Below, piece by piece: positions 19,527 to 29,592 of a stretch of DNA of 64,000 bases. Within the stretch, counting starts at the first letter, position 1. Every line of letters starts with the position of its first letter. A program made the translations under genes and the position numbers. The stretch spans positions 196,335 to 260,334 of the forward strand of contig CAVRKQ010000004.1 in NCBI GenBank assembly GCA_963722105.1, in the 5' to 3' direction. Under the pieces are notes generated by a model, which searched no databases, was not told the origin of the DNA, and saw only the letters and a list, made by a program, of their open reading frames with translations. The stretch is from an uncultured Chloroflexia bacterium (lineage in GTDB: Bacteria; Chloroflexota; Limnocylindria; Limnocylindrales; CSP1-4).

Positions 19527-20355
19527 CAGCGAGCCGGCACGACGGCGGGGCGCGGCTCGACGGCGGCGTGCGGCTCGACGGCGCGGCGCGGCTCGACGCC
19601 GGCGCGAACCTCGTCGAGGAAGGCCAGCGAGCGCGGCCGGCGATCGAGCGAGAACGCCAGGAACTCGCGCATCGCGATCTCGACCTCGCGCTCCGACTCG
19701 GGTCGGACGCGCAACGCCGCGAGCGCCTCGACATCGAGGCGCTGGTAGGCCTTCAGCAGCTTCAGGCTCTCCAGCGAGAGGCCGGCACGCTCGAACGGCG
19801 GCCCCGGGCAGCGCTCGCACAGCACGCCGCCCTGCGGCGGCAGCCAGCGGTAGCGCTCGTCGGCCTCGAGCAGACGGCCGCACTCGACGCAGCGATCGAC
19901 CTCCGGTCGAACGCCCAGCTCGTCGGCGAGATGCACCTCGAACCACCGGGCGACCCGCCCGGGCGCCATGCCGGCGTCGAGGATCTCGTAGGCCCGCCGG
20001 AGCAGCAGGTAGACGTTCTCGGCGCCGTGGCGCTCCTCGAGCGTCCCGTTGGCGAGCTCGGCCATGTACGACGCCGTCCCGAACGACACGAGGTCGTCGC
20101 GCATCCGGAGCCACGGATGGACGACCTCGACCTGGGTGATGACGTCGAACGTCCGGCCCTGCGCGAGCGCGAGCCGCAGCTCGGCGAACGGCTCCACCGA
20201 CCCGCCGATCCGCGACTTCGGCTCCGGATGCCCTTGGCGATCGCCTTGATCTTGCCGCCGGCCGGCGTGATCAGGGTCAGGATCCGGTCCGCCTCGCCGT
20301 AGTCGAAGCGCGAGAGGACGATGGCCTCGGTGACGTAGCGACGAGGTGCGGGCAC
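19526..20355 (-). CDS. recO: DNA repair protein RecO (frameshift near 20225)
   Basis: TEAIVLSRFDYGEADRILTL...AIAKGIR; Zn finger CVEC...CERC. Confidence 0.93.
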
Positions 20356-20482
20356 GACACGACAGTACGCTCCACGGAATCACTTGTCTCGCGGCCGGCG
20401 TCAGGACGGCCCGCGCCACTGAGGCCGCGAACCCGCTACTTTCGTCGCGCACGTTTCTGCGCTGCCGGATACACTCGCCCCG

Positions 20483-21502
20483 ATGGCGCTTTCGACCAGC
20501 CCCGACATCGCGCAGCTGATCGCCGACACGGAGGCGGAGATCCTGCACGTCCTCGAGGGCGCGGACCCGGCCACCGCCGGCGTCTACGAGATGTGCCGCT
20601 ACCACCTGGGCCTCGACGGCTCCGGCTCGTCCGGCAAGCGCATGCGGCCGCTGCTCGGCCTGCTCGCCTACGCGTCGATCACCGGCGACCACCGCCGCGC
20701 CCTTCCCGGCGCCGCCGCGGTCGAGCTGGGCCACAACTTCAGCCTGGTCCACGACGACATCGAGGACGACGACCGCGAGCGCCGCCACCGCCCGACCCTG
20801 TGGGCCCTCCACGGCATCCCGCAGGCGATCAACACCGGCGACATGCTCTTCAGCCTCAGCCGGATCGCGCTCCATCGCCTGACCGACCTCGGCTTCGCCG
20901 ACCGGACCGTCCTGCGGCTCATGAAGCTCTACGACGAGACCTGCGTCGCGCTGTGCGAGGGGCAGTACCTCGACATCTGGATGGCGGAGCACGATGACGC
21001 GCTCTCGGTCGAGCTGTACTTCGACATGATCGGGCGCAAGACCGCCGCGCTCATCGCCGCGTCGATCGAGGCGGGTGCGGTTCTGGCGACCGACGACGAG
21101 GAGGTCATCCGCCGCTACCGGGCGTTCGGCTGGGACCTCGGGATCGCGTTCCAGCTCAACGACGACCTGCTCGGGATCTGGGGCCGCGAGCGCTCGACCG
21201 GCAAGGAGCCGACGGACGTGCCGCGCAAGAAGAAGACCCTGCCGGTCATCTACGCCTACGAGCATGCCGCGCCGGCCGATCGCGCGCGCCTCATCGAGCT
21301 CTACTCGAACGGGAGCCTCGCCGCCGAGCACGTCGCGGAGATCACCGCGATCCTCGAGCGAGCCGGGGCCCGCGACTACACCCGCGACCAGGCCCTCCTG
21401 CACCGCGACCGCGCCCTGGCGTCGCTCGACGCCGCGGGCACGATCGAGCGCGAGCCCCGCGAGCGTCTCGAGGAGATCATCCGCTCCGTCATCAGCGCCT
21501 GA
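20483..21502 (+). CDS. Short-chain polyprenyl diphosphate synthase (GGPP synthase-like)
   Basis: GKRMRP, FARM NFSLVHDDIED, GQYLD, KTAAL, SARM FQLNDDLLG, KKKTLP. Confidence 0.93.
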   Translation: MALSTSPDIAQLIADTEAEILHVLEGADPATAGVYEMCRYHLGLDGSGSSGKRMRPLLGLLAYASITGDHRRALPGAAAVELGHNFSLVHDDIEDDDRERRHRPTLWALHGIPQAINTGDMLFSLSRIALHRLTDLGFADRTVLRLMKLYDETCVALCEGQYLDIWMAEHDDALSVELYFDMIGRKTAALIAASIEAGAVLATDDEEVIRRYRAFGWDLGIAFQLNDDLLGIWGRERSTGKEPTDVPRKKKTLPVIYAYEHAAPADRARLIELYSNGSLAAEHVAEITAILERAGARDYTRDQALLHRDRALASLDAAGTIEREPRERLEEIIRSVISA

Positions 21503-21525
21503 GACCGGCTCCGCGCCGGCGAGGG

Positions 21526-22935
21526 TCAGCGCTTGGCGCGGCTCCCGGTGGCCTTCGCCTTGGCGCTTCGGAGGTCCTTGTCCGAGCGGAGCGTCGGCGG
21601 CGTGCCGTCGGAATCGTCGTCGCGCTGGCCCTTGTCCAGTCGGCGCGTGACCAGGACCTTGCCGACCCGGCGTCCATCGGTCGTCTCGACCTCGAGGTGG
21701 AGGCCGTCGACCTCGACCGTGTCGCCGGGCGAAGGCACGCCGCCGATCCGGTGGTACATGAGCCCGCCCACGGTGTCGTACTCCTCCGCGTCCTCGAGCT
21801 TGAGGTCGAGGTCGAACAGCTCGAGCAGCTCGTCGACGTCCGCGCGGCCGTCGATCCGGGCCTCGTGGTCGGACAGCCGCTCGACCATCGGCTCCTCGAC
21901 GTCGTACTCGTCCTGGATCTCGCCGACGATCTCCTCGAGGAGGTCCTCGATGGTCACCAGGCCTGCGGTCCCGCCGTACTCGTCGAGCACGATCGCGAGA
22001 TGGACCTTGCGCCGCTGGAACTCGTGGAGCAGGTCGTCGACCGTCATCGACTCGGGAACGAGCACCGGCGATCGCAGCAGCTTGCGGAGCGCCGGCCGGG
22101 GCCCGGCGTCGGGCTTCAGGTACGGCAGCAGGTCCTTCGCGTAGAGGATGCCGACGATCTCGTCGATGCTGTCGTGGTACACGGGAATGCGCGAATGCCC
22201 GACCTCGACGACCAGGTCGATCGCCTGCTCGAGCGTCCCGTTGTCAGGCAGGGCGGCCATCGCAACGCGCGGGATCATCACCTCGTGGACCCGCCGGTCG
22301 CCGAGCTCGATGACGGCGTTGATCATCTGCTCTTCCTCGGCCTCGAGGACGCCCTGCTCCCCGCCACGCTCGACGATGAGGCGGAGCTCGTCCGCGCTGA
22401 TGGCGGCCTCCGCGTTGATGTCGACGCCGATCGAGCGCGCCACCCAGCGGGTGATGCCGTTCAGGACGGTCACGATCGGCCCGAGGAGGCGAGCGAGGAG
22501 GTCGATCGGGCGCGAGAGGATGAGGGCCCAGCGCTCGGGGCTGCCGAGGGCGATCGACTTCGGGATGAGCTCCGCGAAGACGATCGTGAAGAGGGCCAGG
22601 ACGATCGTCACGACGACCAGCGCGACGGTCTCCGCGGTCCCGACGGGGACGCCGAGGCCGGTCATCAGCCCCTCCAGCCCGTCGACGAGACTCACGGCGG
22701 CGAAGGCCGACGCGAAGAAGCCGATGAACGTCAGGCCGAGCTGCGCGACAGCCAGGAACCGGCCGGGGTCGTCGAGGAGCCGACGGACACGCCGGGCCCC
22801 GGCGTTGCCCTCCTCGACGAGCTGGTCGATGCGGCTCCGCCGGACGGAGACGAGCGCGATCTCGGCCGCGACGAAGAAGGCTTCCAGGAACGTCAGGAAG
22901 ATGAGGAACAGGATCTCGCCGAGCGGGAACGACAT
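21526..22935 (-). CDS. Hemolysin-family CNNM/CorC protein (DUF21-CBS-CorC)
   Basis: FFVAAEIALVSVRRSRI, ELIPKSIA, HSRIPVY, VLDEYGGTAGLVTIEDLLEEIVGEIQDEYD. Confidence 0.93.
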   Translation of the reverse strand: MSFPLGEILFLIFLTFLEAFFVAAEIALVSVRRSRIDQLVEEGNAGARRVRRLLDDPGRFLAVAQLGLTFIGFFASAFAAVSLVDGLEGLMTGLGVPVGTAETVALVVVTIVLALFTIVFAELIPKSIALGSPERWALILSRPIDLLARLLGPIVTVLNGITRWVARSIGVDINAEAAISADELRLIVERGGEQGVLEAEEEQMINAVIELGDRRVHEVMIPRVAMAALPDNGTLEQAIDLVVEVGHSRIPVYHDSIDEIVGILYAKDLLPYLKPDAGPRPALRKLLRSPVLVPESMTVDDLLHEFQRRKVHLAIVLDEYGGTAGLVTIEDLLEEIVGEIQDEYDVEEPMVERLSDHEARIDGRADVDELLELFDLDLKLEDAEEYDTVGGLMYHRIGGVPSPGDTVEVDGLHLEVETTDGRRVGKVLVTRRLDKGQRDDDSDGTPPTLRSDKDLRSAKAKATGSRAKR

Positions 22936-22937
22936 GG

Positions 22938-24386
22938 TCAGGCGGACTCGTTCCCGGCGTCGGGTTGCGCGCGCGGCTCACGGATGCGCGCCGGGACGCC
23001 GACCGCGAGCTTGCCCGCAGGGACGTCCTTCGTCACCACGGCGCCCGCGCCCGTCCTCGCGCCCTCGCCGACCTCCACGGGGGCGACGAGCATCGTGTCC
23101 ACGCCCAGGAACGCGTTCTTGCCGACGGTGGTCCGGTTCTTGGTCCGGCCATCCCAGTTGGCGGTGATCGTGCCGGCCCCGACGTTCGTGCCGTCGCCGA
23201 GGTCGGCGTCGCCGAGGTAGCTCATGTGGTGCTGCTTGACCCGTGCGCCGAGGCGCGAGTTCTTGACCTCGGCAAAGTTCCCGACCTCGGCCCCCGGGCC
23301 GATGTGGCTGCCGGGCCGGAGATGGGCGTAGGGACCGATGAACGCGCCGTCCTCGACCGTCGACTGCTCGACCACGCTGCGACGGACCGCCACGTCCCGC
23401 CCGATCGTCGAGTCGACGATGGTCGTGTCCGGTCCGATCAGGCAGCCCTCACCGACCGACGTCGCGCCCTTGAGCAGGACGCCGGGATCGAGCGTGACGT
23501 CCTCGCCGATCGTGACGCCCCAGTCGATGTAGACGGTCGACGGGTCGCGCATCGTCACGCCGGCGCGCATGTGGGCCTCGTTGATCCGCACGCGCAGCGC
23601 CCACTCCGCCTGGGCCAGCTGGCTGCGATCGTTGATCCCGTCGAGCGTGCCGTCGTCGTCGAAGCCCACGGCGCTGACGATCCGGCCGTCTTCGCGGGCC
23701 AGCTGGACGAGGTCCGTGAGGTACAGCTCGCCGTTGGATTTCGAAGGGCTGAGGGTCTCGATCCGCCGGCGCAGCCACGCCGCATCGAAGGCGTAGACGC
23801 CGGCGTTCACCTCGTTCGTCTCGAGCTCGTCCGCGGAAGCGTCGCGGGCCTCGACGATCCTCTCCACGGAGCCGAACTCGCTCCGGACGACCCGGCCCAG
23901 CTCGGCGGGATCAGCGGCGTAGACCGAGGCGAGGGCGATCGCAGCGTCGTCGAGGCGCCGCTGCTCGACCACGGCGACGAGCTGGTCGCCGATCACGAGG
24001 GGCACGTCGCCCGACAGCACGAGGATCTCGTCGACCTCCTTCGGCAGCTCGGCGAGGGCCGCGCGGACCGCGTCGCCGGTCCCGCGGGGGACGTCCTGGA
24101 GGGCGAGACGGCCTCGGTCGCCGACGACGTCGCGAATCGCCTCCGTGGCGGGTGAGTACACGACCACGGGAGCGTCGGGTCTCGCTCCCGAGCCGGCGGC
24201 AGCGGCGCCGCCGATGCCCTTCAGGCTGCCGAGCGCCTCGTCCCAGGCATCGAGGACGTAGGCCAGCATCGGCCGGCCGCACAGCGGGTGGAGGATCTTG
24301 GGCGTCCTCGAGCGCATGCGGGTGCCGAGGCCCGCGGCGAGGACGACCGCCACCGTCCTTCCGGACGGCTCGGTACGTGAGGTCAC
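22938..24386 (-). CDS. glmU: Bifunctional UDP-GlcNAc pyrophosphorylase / GlcN-1-P acetyltransferase
   Basis: VLAAGLGTRMRS, GTGDAV, GDVPL, ELYLTD, hexapeptide repeats, GNFAEVKN, HMSYLGDA, NWDG. Confidence 0.96.
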   Translation of the reverse strand: MTSRTEPSGRTVAVVLAAGLGTRMRSRTPKILHPLCGRPMLAYVLDAWDEALGSLKGIGGAAAAGSGARPDAPVVVYSPATEAIRDVVGDRGRLALQDVPRGTGDAVRAALAELPKEVDEILVLSGDVPLVIGDQLVAVVEQRRLDDAAIALASVYAADPAELGRVVRSEFGSVERIVEARDASADELETNEVNAGVYAFDAAWLRRRIETLSPSKSNGELYLTDLVQLAREDGRIVSAVGFDDDGTLDGINDRSQLAQAEWALRVRINEAHMRAGVTMRDPSTVYIDWGVTIGEDVTLDPGVLLKGATSVGEGCLIGPDTTIVDSTIGRDVAVRRSVVEQSTVEDGAFIGPYAHLRPGSHIGPGAEVGNFAEVKNSRLGARVKQHHMSYLGDADLGDGTNVGAGTITANWDGRTKNRTTVGKNAFLGVDTMLVAPVEVGEGARTGAGAVVTKDVPAGKLAVGVPARIREPRAQPDAGNESA

Positions 24387-24392
24387 GCGGGC

Positions 24393-24421
24393 ATTCTCAC
24401 GGGGTGTGGCAAGGGCGTCAA
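24393..24421 (-). promoter_or_regulatory. Sigma70-type promoter TTGACG-17-GAGAAT, leaderless glmU
   Basis: -35 at 24416-24421, 17-nt spacer, -10 at 24393-24398, then 6 nt to the GTG. Confidence 0.6.
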
Positions 24422-24437
24422 ACGATTCGAGGGCGCC

Positions 24438-24827
24438 TCAGGCCCGATCCCGAACGGCCACCGCCTCGACCTCGACCCGGGCGCCCTTGGGGAGCGCCGC
24501 GACCTGGAACGTCGAGCGCGCGGGCGGCGGATCGGGGAAGAACCGGGCGTAGATCGCGTTGAACGTCGCGAAATCGGCGATGTCGGCCAGGAAGCAGGTG
24601 GTCTTCACGACGTTCGCCATCGAGCAGCCCGCGGCGTCGAGGACGGCCTCGAGGTTCTTCAGGGTTCGTTCGGCCTCGGCCTCGATCCCACCGGCCACCA
24701 TCTCGCCGGTCGCAGGATCCAGCCCGACCTGGCCGGAGCAGAACACGAGGTCGTCGGTCGCGATGGCCTGGCTGTACGGCCCGACGGCGGACGGCGCGGC
24801 GCTCGTGCTGACGGCTCGACGGCTCAT
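24438..24827 (-). CDS. ridA: RidA/Rid family enamine/imine deaminase
   Basis: APSAVGPYSQA, SGQVGLDP, VVKTTCFL, PPARS, LPKGARVEVEAVA. Confidence 0.93.
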   Translation of the reverse strand: MSRRAVSTSAAPSAVGPYSQAIATDDLVFCSGQVGLDPATGEMVAGGIEAEAERTLKNLEAVLDAAGCSMANVVKTTCFLADIADFATFNAIYARFFPDPPPARSTFQVAALPKGARVEVEAVAVRDRA

Positions 24828-25819
24828 GGCTCTCTCCCTCGCGCGATGGTGGTTGCGGCGACGAACGGCGGTCCGCCGCCGGGGCTGTCCAGCAGCCCGA
24901 GGCGGACCTCCTCGCGAACCCGAGCGGCGGCCTCCTCGGCGCCCTCGAGGGCAGGATAGAGCGCCCAGAGGGTCGGGCCGGAGCCCGAGAGGCCGATCGG
25001 AGCGCCGAGGAGCCTGGTGAGGGAGCGGCGGAGGGCGCGCAGCCCCGGCAGAACGACGTCGGCGGCGTTTGCGAGGTCGTTGGCGACGGCCAGCACGCCG
25101 GCGCGCAGCACCAGGTCGGCGCTCCGCATCGGTGGGTGCCCGGGCCCGAGCTCGGCCGCGAGGTGCTCCGACGACAGGCGCGTCGAGCCGGCGCTTGACG
25201 GGGCTGCTGCCGGGTTGGTGTCGAATGCGGCGAAGGCCTCCTGCGTGGAGATCGGCGCCGCCGGTGTGACGAGCAGCACCCCCGGCGCCTCGCCGCGGAG
25301 CGTGCTCAGCGCCGTCACGCGCTCACCGCGGCCCTCGACGAGGGCCGGCCCGCCGGCGAGGAAGAACGGCACGTCCGAGCCCGTTGCCATCGCCGCTCGT
25401 CGCCGATCGTCCGGGGATGCCTCGGCGCCCCAGGCCTCGAAAGCGCCATCGATCGCGGCGGCGGCGTCGCTGCTCCCGCCGGCGAGGCCCGCGGCAATCG
25501 GGATTCGCTTCTCAAGGCGGGCCGCGAGCGGGAACGTCTCGGCGCCCCGGCCGATGACCTCCCGTGCCTCGGCGATCCCGCGCAGGACGGAGCCGAAGGC
25601 CTGCGGCCCGCCGATGGCGACCCCGTCGGCGCCGACGACGTGGAGGCTGTCCTCGCCACCGGCGGCGCGTGCGAGGCTGAGCCGGTCGGCGAGGCCCAGC
25701 GGGACCATCACGGAGTGGAGGGCGTGGAACCCGTCGGGCCGGATGCCGAGCACGGCCAGGGTGAGGTTGAGCTTCGCGGGCGCCAGGCGAACGACGGGCA
25801 TCAGCTCGCGGTCGGTCAT
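24824..25819 (-). CDS. ispE: 4-diphosphocytidyl-2-C-methyl-D-erythritol kinase
   Basis: APAKLNLTL, KRIPIAAGLAGGSSDAAA, GSDVPFF, NDL, LSGSGPT. Confidence 0.95.
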   Translation of the reverse strand: MTDRELMPVVRLAPAKLNLTLAVLGIRPDGFHALHSVMVPLGLADRLSLARAAGGEDSLHVVGADGVAIGGPQAFGSVLRGIAEAREVIGRGAETFPLAARLEKRIPIAAGLAGGSSDAAAAIDGAFEAWGAEASPDDRRRAAMATGSDVPFFLAGGPALVEGRGERVTALSTLRGEAPGVLLVTPAAPISTQEAFAAFDTNPAAAPSSAGSTRLSSEHLAAELGPGHPPMRSADLVLRAGVLAVANDLANAADVVLPGLRALRRSLTRLLGAPIGLSGSGPTLWALYPALEGAEEAAARVREEVRLGLLDSPGGGPPFVAATTIARGREP

Positions 25820-26721
25820 CGCGGGGCACCACGGCCCAGGGCGTCGTTGAGGCGAAGCCAGTCCTCGACGGACAGCGTCTGTGGCCGCCGGTCGCCGGCG
25901 ATCCCGACGGCGTCGAGCGCGACATCGACCCTGGCCTGCCCGACAGGCGGCCCCGTCACGCCGTCCTGGCCGGTGTGGAGCTGTCGCGCGAGCACGTTCC
26001 GGATCATCTTGCGGCGCTCCCGGAATCCAGTCTGGACCAGGCCCCAGAGCCAGGGCTCGCGCTCCACAGGCAGCGCGAGCGTGGCCCGCGGGGTGAGCAC
26101 GGCCACCGCGGACGAGACCTTCGGTGCGGGCTCGAACGCCTCCGGCGGGACGCGCAGCGGAACCTCGACCTCGGCGTGGTACTGGACGAACACCGAGAGG
26201 TAGCTCATCCGGCCGGTCGGCGCCGCGATCCGGTCCGCGACCTCCGCCTGGAGCATCAGGACCAGCCGCTCCGGGGACGGCGGACGCTCGAGCAGCCGGT
26301 GGAGGCTGGGGCTGGTGATGTGGTACGGCAGGTTCGCCACGACGCGGTAGGGCGCCGGGACGACATCCGGCAGGTCCTGGTCAAGCGCGTCGCCCTCGAT
26401 CAGGGTCAGGCGACCCTCGTCGATCTCGGTCGCGAAGCGCTGGCGGAGGTACGCGGCGAGCCCGGCATCGAGCTCGATCGCGGTGACCTCGGCGCCACCC
26501 TCGAGAAGCCCGCCGGTCAGGATCCCGAGCCCCGGCCCGATCTCGAGGACCCGCGTGCCCGGCCCGGCCTCCGCGAGGTCGAGGATCGCCTGGAGCACGT
26601 CCGGGTCGGCGAGGAAGTTCTGCGACCTGGCGTGGCGCGCACGCAGCCCCTCGCGCTTCAGCGTCCGGCGGACCTCGAGCGGGTCGAGTCGCGGGGGGCG
26701 GGGCGGGCGGTCGACGGTCAC
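25816..26721 (-). CDS. rsmA: 16S rRNA (A1518/A1519) dimethyltransferase
   Basis: SQNFL, VLEIGPGLGILT, VANLPYHITS, FEPAPKVSSAV, RRKMIRN. Confidence 0.96.
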   Translation of the reverse strand: MTVDRPPRPPRLDPLEVRRTLKREGLRARHARSQNFLADPDVLQAILDLAEAGPGTRVLEIGPGLGILTGGLLEGGAEVTAIELDAGLAAYLRQRFATEIDEGRLTLIEGDALDQDLPDVVPAPYRVVANLPYHITSPSLHRLLERPPSPERLVLMLQAEVADRIAAPTGRMSYLSVFVQYHAEVEVPLRVPPEAFEPAPKVSSAVAVLTPRATLALPVEREPWLWGLVQTGFRERRKMIRNVLARQLHTGQDGVTGPPVGQARVDVALDAVGIAGDRRPQTLSVEDWLRLNDALGRGAPR

Positions 26722-26731
26722 CGGGGTTCCG

Positions 26732-27790
26732 TCAGCGGGCGAGCGGCAGCGATGGCGTCGCCTCGAGGTCGAGGCCGGAGCGCTCGCCGGCGAGGAACCG
26801 CCGGGCTCCGGCAGCGCCGATCATCGCGCCGTTGTCCGTGCACAGGCCGGGCCGGGGCACGATCAGCGGGATGCCGAGCGCCTCGGCCTCGCCAGCCAGG
26901 CGCGATCGCAGGACCGAGTTTGCCGCGACGCCGCCCCCGAGCACGATCGAGCGCGCGTCGATCTCCCGCGCGGCCCGGATCGTCTTCGCGACGAGGACGT
27001 CGACCACGGCATCCTGGAAGCCCCAGGCGAGCTCGGCGGTGACGACGTGCGGCAGCGGCTCCTCGGGCTCGCGGAGGCCGGCGTCCGCGCGCGCGGCGTC
27101 GACGGTGCGCCGTGCCGCCGTCTTCAGCCCCGAGAACGAGAAGTCGTACGAATCGCCGAGCCACGCCCGCGGGAAGCGGGTGTCGTGGCGGACCGCACCC
27201 TCGGCCGCCTTCTGGATCTCCGGGCCGCCCGGGTACGGCAGGTCGAGCAGCCGGCCGACCTTGTCGAACGCCTCGCCGGCCGCGTCGTCGACCGTCTGGC
27301 CGAGCAGCCGGTACGTCAGGTGGTCGGTCATCTCGACGAGGAAGGTGTGCCCGCCGGAAACCACCAGCGCGACGAGCGGGAAGGCCGGCGCCTCGCCATC
27401 GGGCTGGCCTGGGTCGCGGAGCCACGCCGCATACACGTGACCTTCGAGGTGGTTCACGCCGATGAACGGCTTGTCGTGGACCCACGCGAGCGTCTTGGCC
27501 ACGTTGATCCCGACCAGGAGCGACCCGGCGAGGCCCGGCCCGCGGGTGACCGCGACCGCCCCGACATCGTCCCACGTCACGCCAGCGGTCGACCAGGCCT
27601 CGTCGAGCACGGGCAGGATCCAGCGCAGGTGCGCCCGGGCGGCGACCTCAGGCACGATCCCGCCCGCCGGCGCATGGAGCGCGACCTGGCTGGCAACGAC
27701 GTTCGCGAGGATCCGGGTGCCGCCCTCGACGAGCGCGACGCCCGTCTCGTCGCAGGAGGACTCGACCGCGAGCACGAGGGGCCCGCTCAT
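26732..27790 (-). CDS. tsaD: t6A synthesis protein TsaD
   Basis: AVESSCDET, GGIVPEVAARAH, NHLEGH, LVVSGGHT, DDAAGEAFDK, CTDNGAMI. Confidence 0.97.
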   Translation of the reverse strand: MSGPLVLAVESSCDETGVALVEGGTRILANVVASQVALHAPAGGIVPEVAARAHLRWILPVLDEAWSTAGVTWDDVGAVAVTRGPGLAGSLLVGINVAKTLAWVHDKPFIGVNHLEGHVYAAWLRDPGQPDGEAPAFPLVALVVSGGHTFLVEMTDHLTYRLLGQTVDDAAGEAFDKVGRLLDLPYPGGPEIQKAAEGAVRHDTRFPRAWLGDSYDFSFSGLKTAARRTVDAARADAGLREPEEPLPHVVTAELAWGFQDAVVDVLVAKTIRAAREIDARSIVLGGGVAANSVLRSRLAGEAEALGIPLIVPRPGLCTDNGAMIGAAGARRFLAGERSGLDLEATPSLPLAR

Positions 27791-27797
27791 GGCGCCG

Positions 27798-28373
27798 TCA
27801 TCCGCGGTATGAGCCGTCCGGGGGCGCGTCGAACGGGGTCGCGTCGTCCAAGGGCCGCTCGTCCAGCTCGGCGCGGAGGCGCGCCATCCGCTCGACCATC
27901 CCCAGCGATGCGAGCGCCTCCGTGGTCATGATCAGCGCGTCCTCGCCGTTGTCGGAGTAGTAACGCGGCCGGATCCCGACCGGCCGGAAGCCGTGCTTCT
28001 CGTAGAGCTTGCGCGCCGGCAGGTTCGAGAGCCGGACCTCGAGCGTCGCCTCGCGGGCCTGACGGACGACGGCCAGGTCGAGAAGCGCCAGGAGCAGCCG
28101 CTCCCCCACCCCGCGGCGGCGCCAGCGCGGGTCCACGGCGAACGTCGTCACGTGGGCCTCGTCGACCATGACCCACAGCCCCGCGAACCCGAGGACATCC
28201 TCCCCGAGGCGGGCGACCACATAGCTCGCGAGCCGGTTCGTGCGGATCTCGTTCCTGTACGCGTCGTCGGGCCACGGGACGGCGAAGCTGGCGCGCTCGA
28301 TCGCATGGACCGCCGGGAGGTCGTCGAGCGTCATCGGCTCGATCCGCAGCGCTACCGGGGGTCGCGCGACCAC
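27798..28373 (-). CDS. rimI: Ribosomal protein alanine N-acetyltransferase
   Basis: IERASFAVPW, DEAHVTTFAV, LEVRLSN, RPRYYSDNGEDALIM. Confidence 0.93.
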   Translation of the reverse strand: MVARPPVALRIEPMTLDDLPAVHAIERASFAVPWPDDAYRNEIRTNRLASYVVARLGEDVLGFAGLWVMVDEAHVTTFAVDPRWRRRGVGERLLLALLDLAVVRQAREATLEVRLSNLPARKLYEKHGFRPVGIRPRYYSDNGEDALIMTTEALASLGMVERMARLRAELDERPLDDATPFDAPPDGSYRG

Positions 28374-29114
28374 GCGACACCTCCACCAGGCTGCTCTGCC
28401 GGGCCGTCGAGCGGCATTCCTCGCGGCGGGCTGGCGTAGCGCGGCACGAGCCGCTCTGGATCGTCGAACTCGCCCCGGGCAAGGCGTGCCGCACCGAGGC
28501 GCAGCAGCGCTGCCCCGAGGCCCGCGACGGCGCGGCGTCCGAGCTCCAGCGCGGGCTCCGGGGCACGACCGTCGAGGTCGACGGCAAGCGTCCGCGTGCC
28601 GGCAGCGATGCCGGACTCGGCACCTGCGTCGGGGGCGGCAGCGTCGGGGTCGGCAGCGCCCCCTGCACCCGAATCAGCTTCTTCGGCCCGAACCACGCGC
28701 GGCTCGGCGCCGGGCGTCACCAGCGACTCGATCGCGAGGTCCGGATGGCAGCCAAAGCGCGTCCGCGCCGTCGACGGCGACGAGCAGGGCCTCCGCGCTG
28801 GAGATGCCCACGATCGGTCGCTCGAGCTCGTGGGCGAGGGTCTTCGCGGTGGCCAGCCCGACGCGGAGACCGGTGAACGCGCCCGGGCCGGCGCCGGCGA
28901 CGATCCCCGCGAGGTCGGCCACGCGCAGCCCGGCCCGCTCCGTCAACCGGACGATCGCCGGCAGCAGCTCCTGCGAGTGGCGGTAGCGGCCCTCGAACGC
29001 CTCTTGGTCGAGGAGCTCGCCGTCGGTCGAGCCGGCCGCAACGACGATCGTCGCAGTCGACGTGTCGATCGCGAGCAGCCAGGGTCGCGGCTCCGGGGCG
29101 TCCGATCCGGTCAC
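28352..29114 (-). CDS. tsaB: t6A synthesis protein TsaB (frameshift near 28730)
   Basis: LLAIDTST, HSQELLPAI, GPGAFTGLRVGLATAK; C-terminal LVPRYASPPRG in a second frame. Confidence 0.9.
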
Positions 29115-29588
29115 GCCGCGGCCGCCGGTTCGATGTATCGCCCGTACCCCGCCCCCATCGCCTCGAGCGAGATCCGCCGTATTCCATCGGTCCCAGCGAT
29201 CCTGACGTCGAGCCGGGCGGGCGGCAGGGCCGCGCCGAGTCGATCCGGCCATTCGATGAGCACGACCCCGGTCGACTGTCGATCGTCGAGCAGGCCGCCG
29301 TCGAGGGCCTCCTCGGCCGTGGCGAGGCGGTAGAGGTCGATGTGGAAGAGCGGCAGCCGCCCCGCGTACTCGCCCATCAGGACGAACGTCGGCGAGCTGA
29401 TCGTGTCCGCGATCCCCAGCCCGAGCCCGAACCCCTTCGCGAACACGGTCTTGCCCGCCCCGAGGTCGCCCCAGAGGCACAGCGATGTCGCCGGGCTGGG
29501 CGACGGACGCGAGCCGCGCCGCGAGCTGCCGGGTCGTCTCGGGGCTCTCGCTGGCCAGCTCAACGGTCGAGCCGGGAACGGTTGCCAC
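29111..29588 (-). CDS. tsaE: t6A synthesis ATPase TsaE (frameshift near 29490)
   Basis: GDLGAGKTVFAKG, SSPTFVL, HIDLYRL, LIEWPD. Confidence 0.93.
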
Positions 29589-29592
29589 GCGG

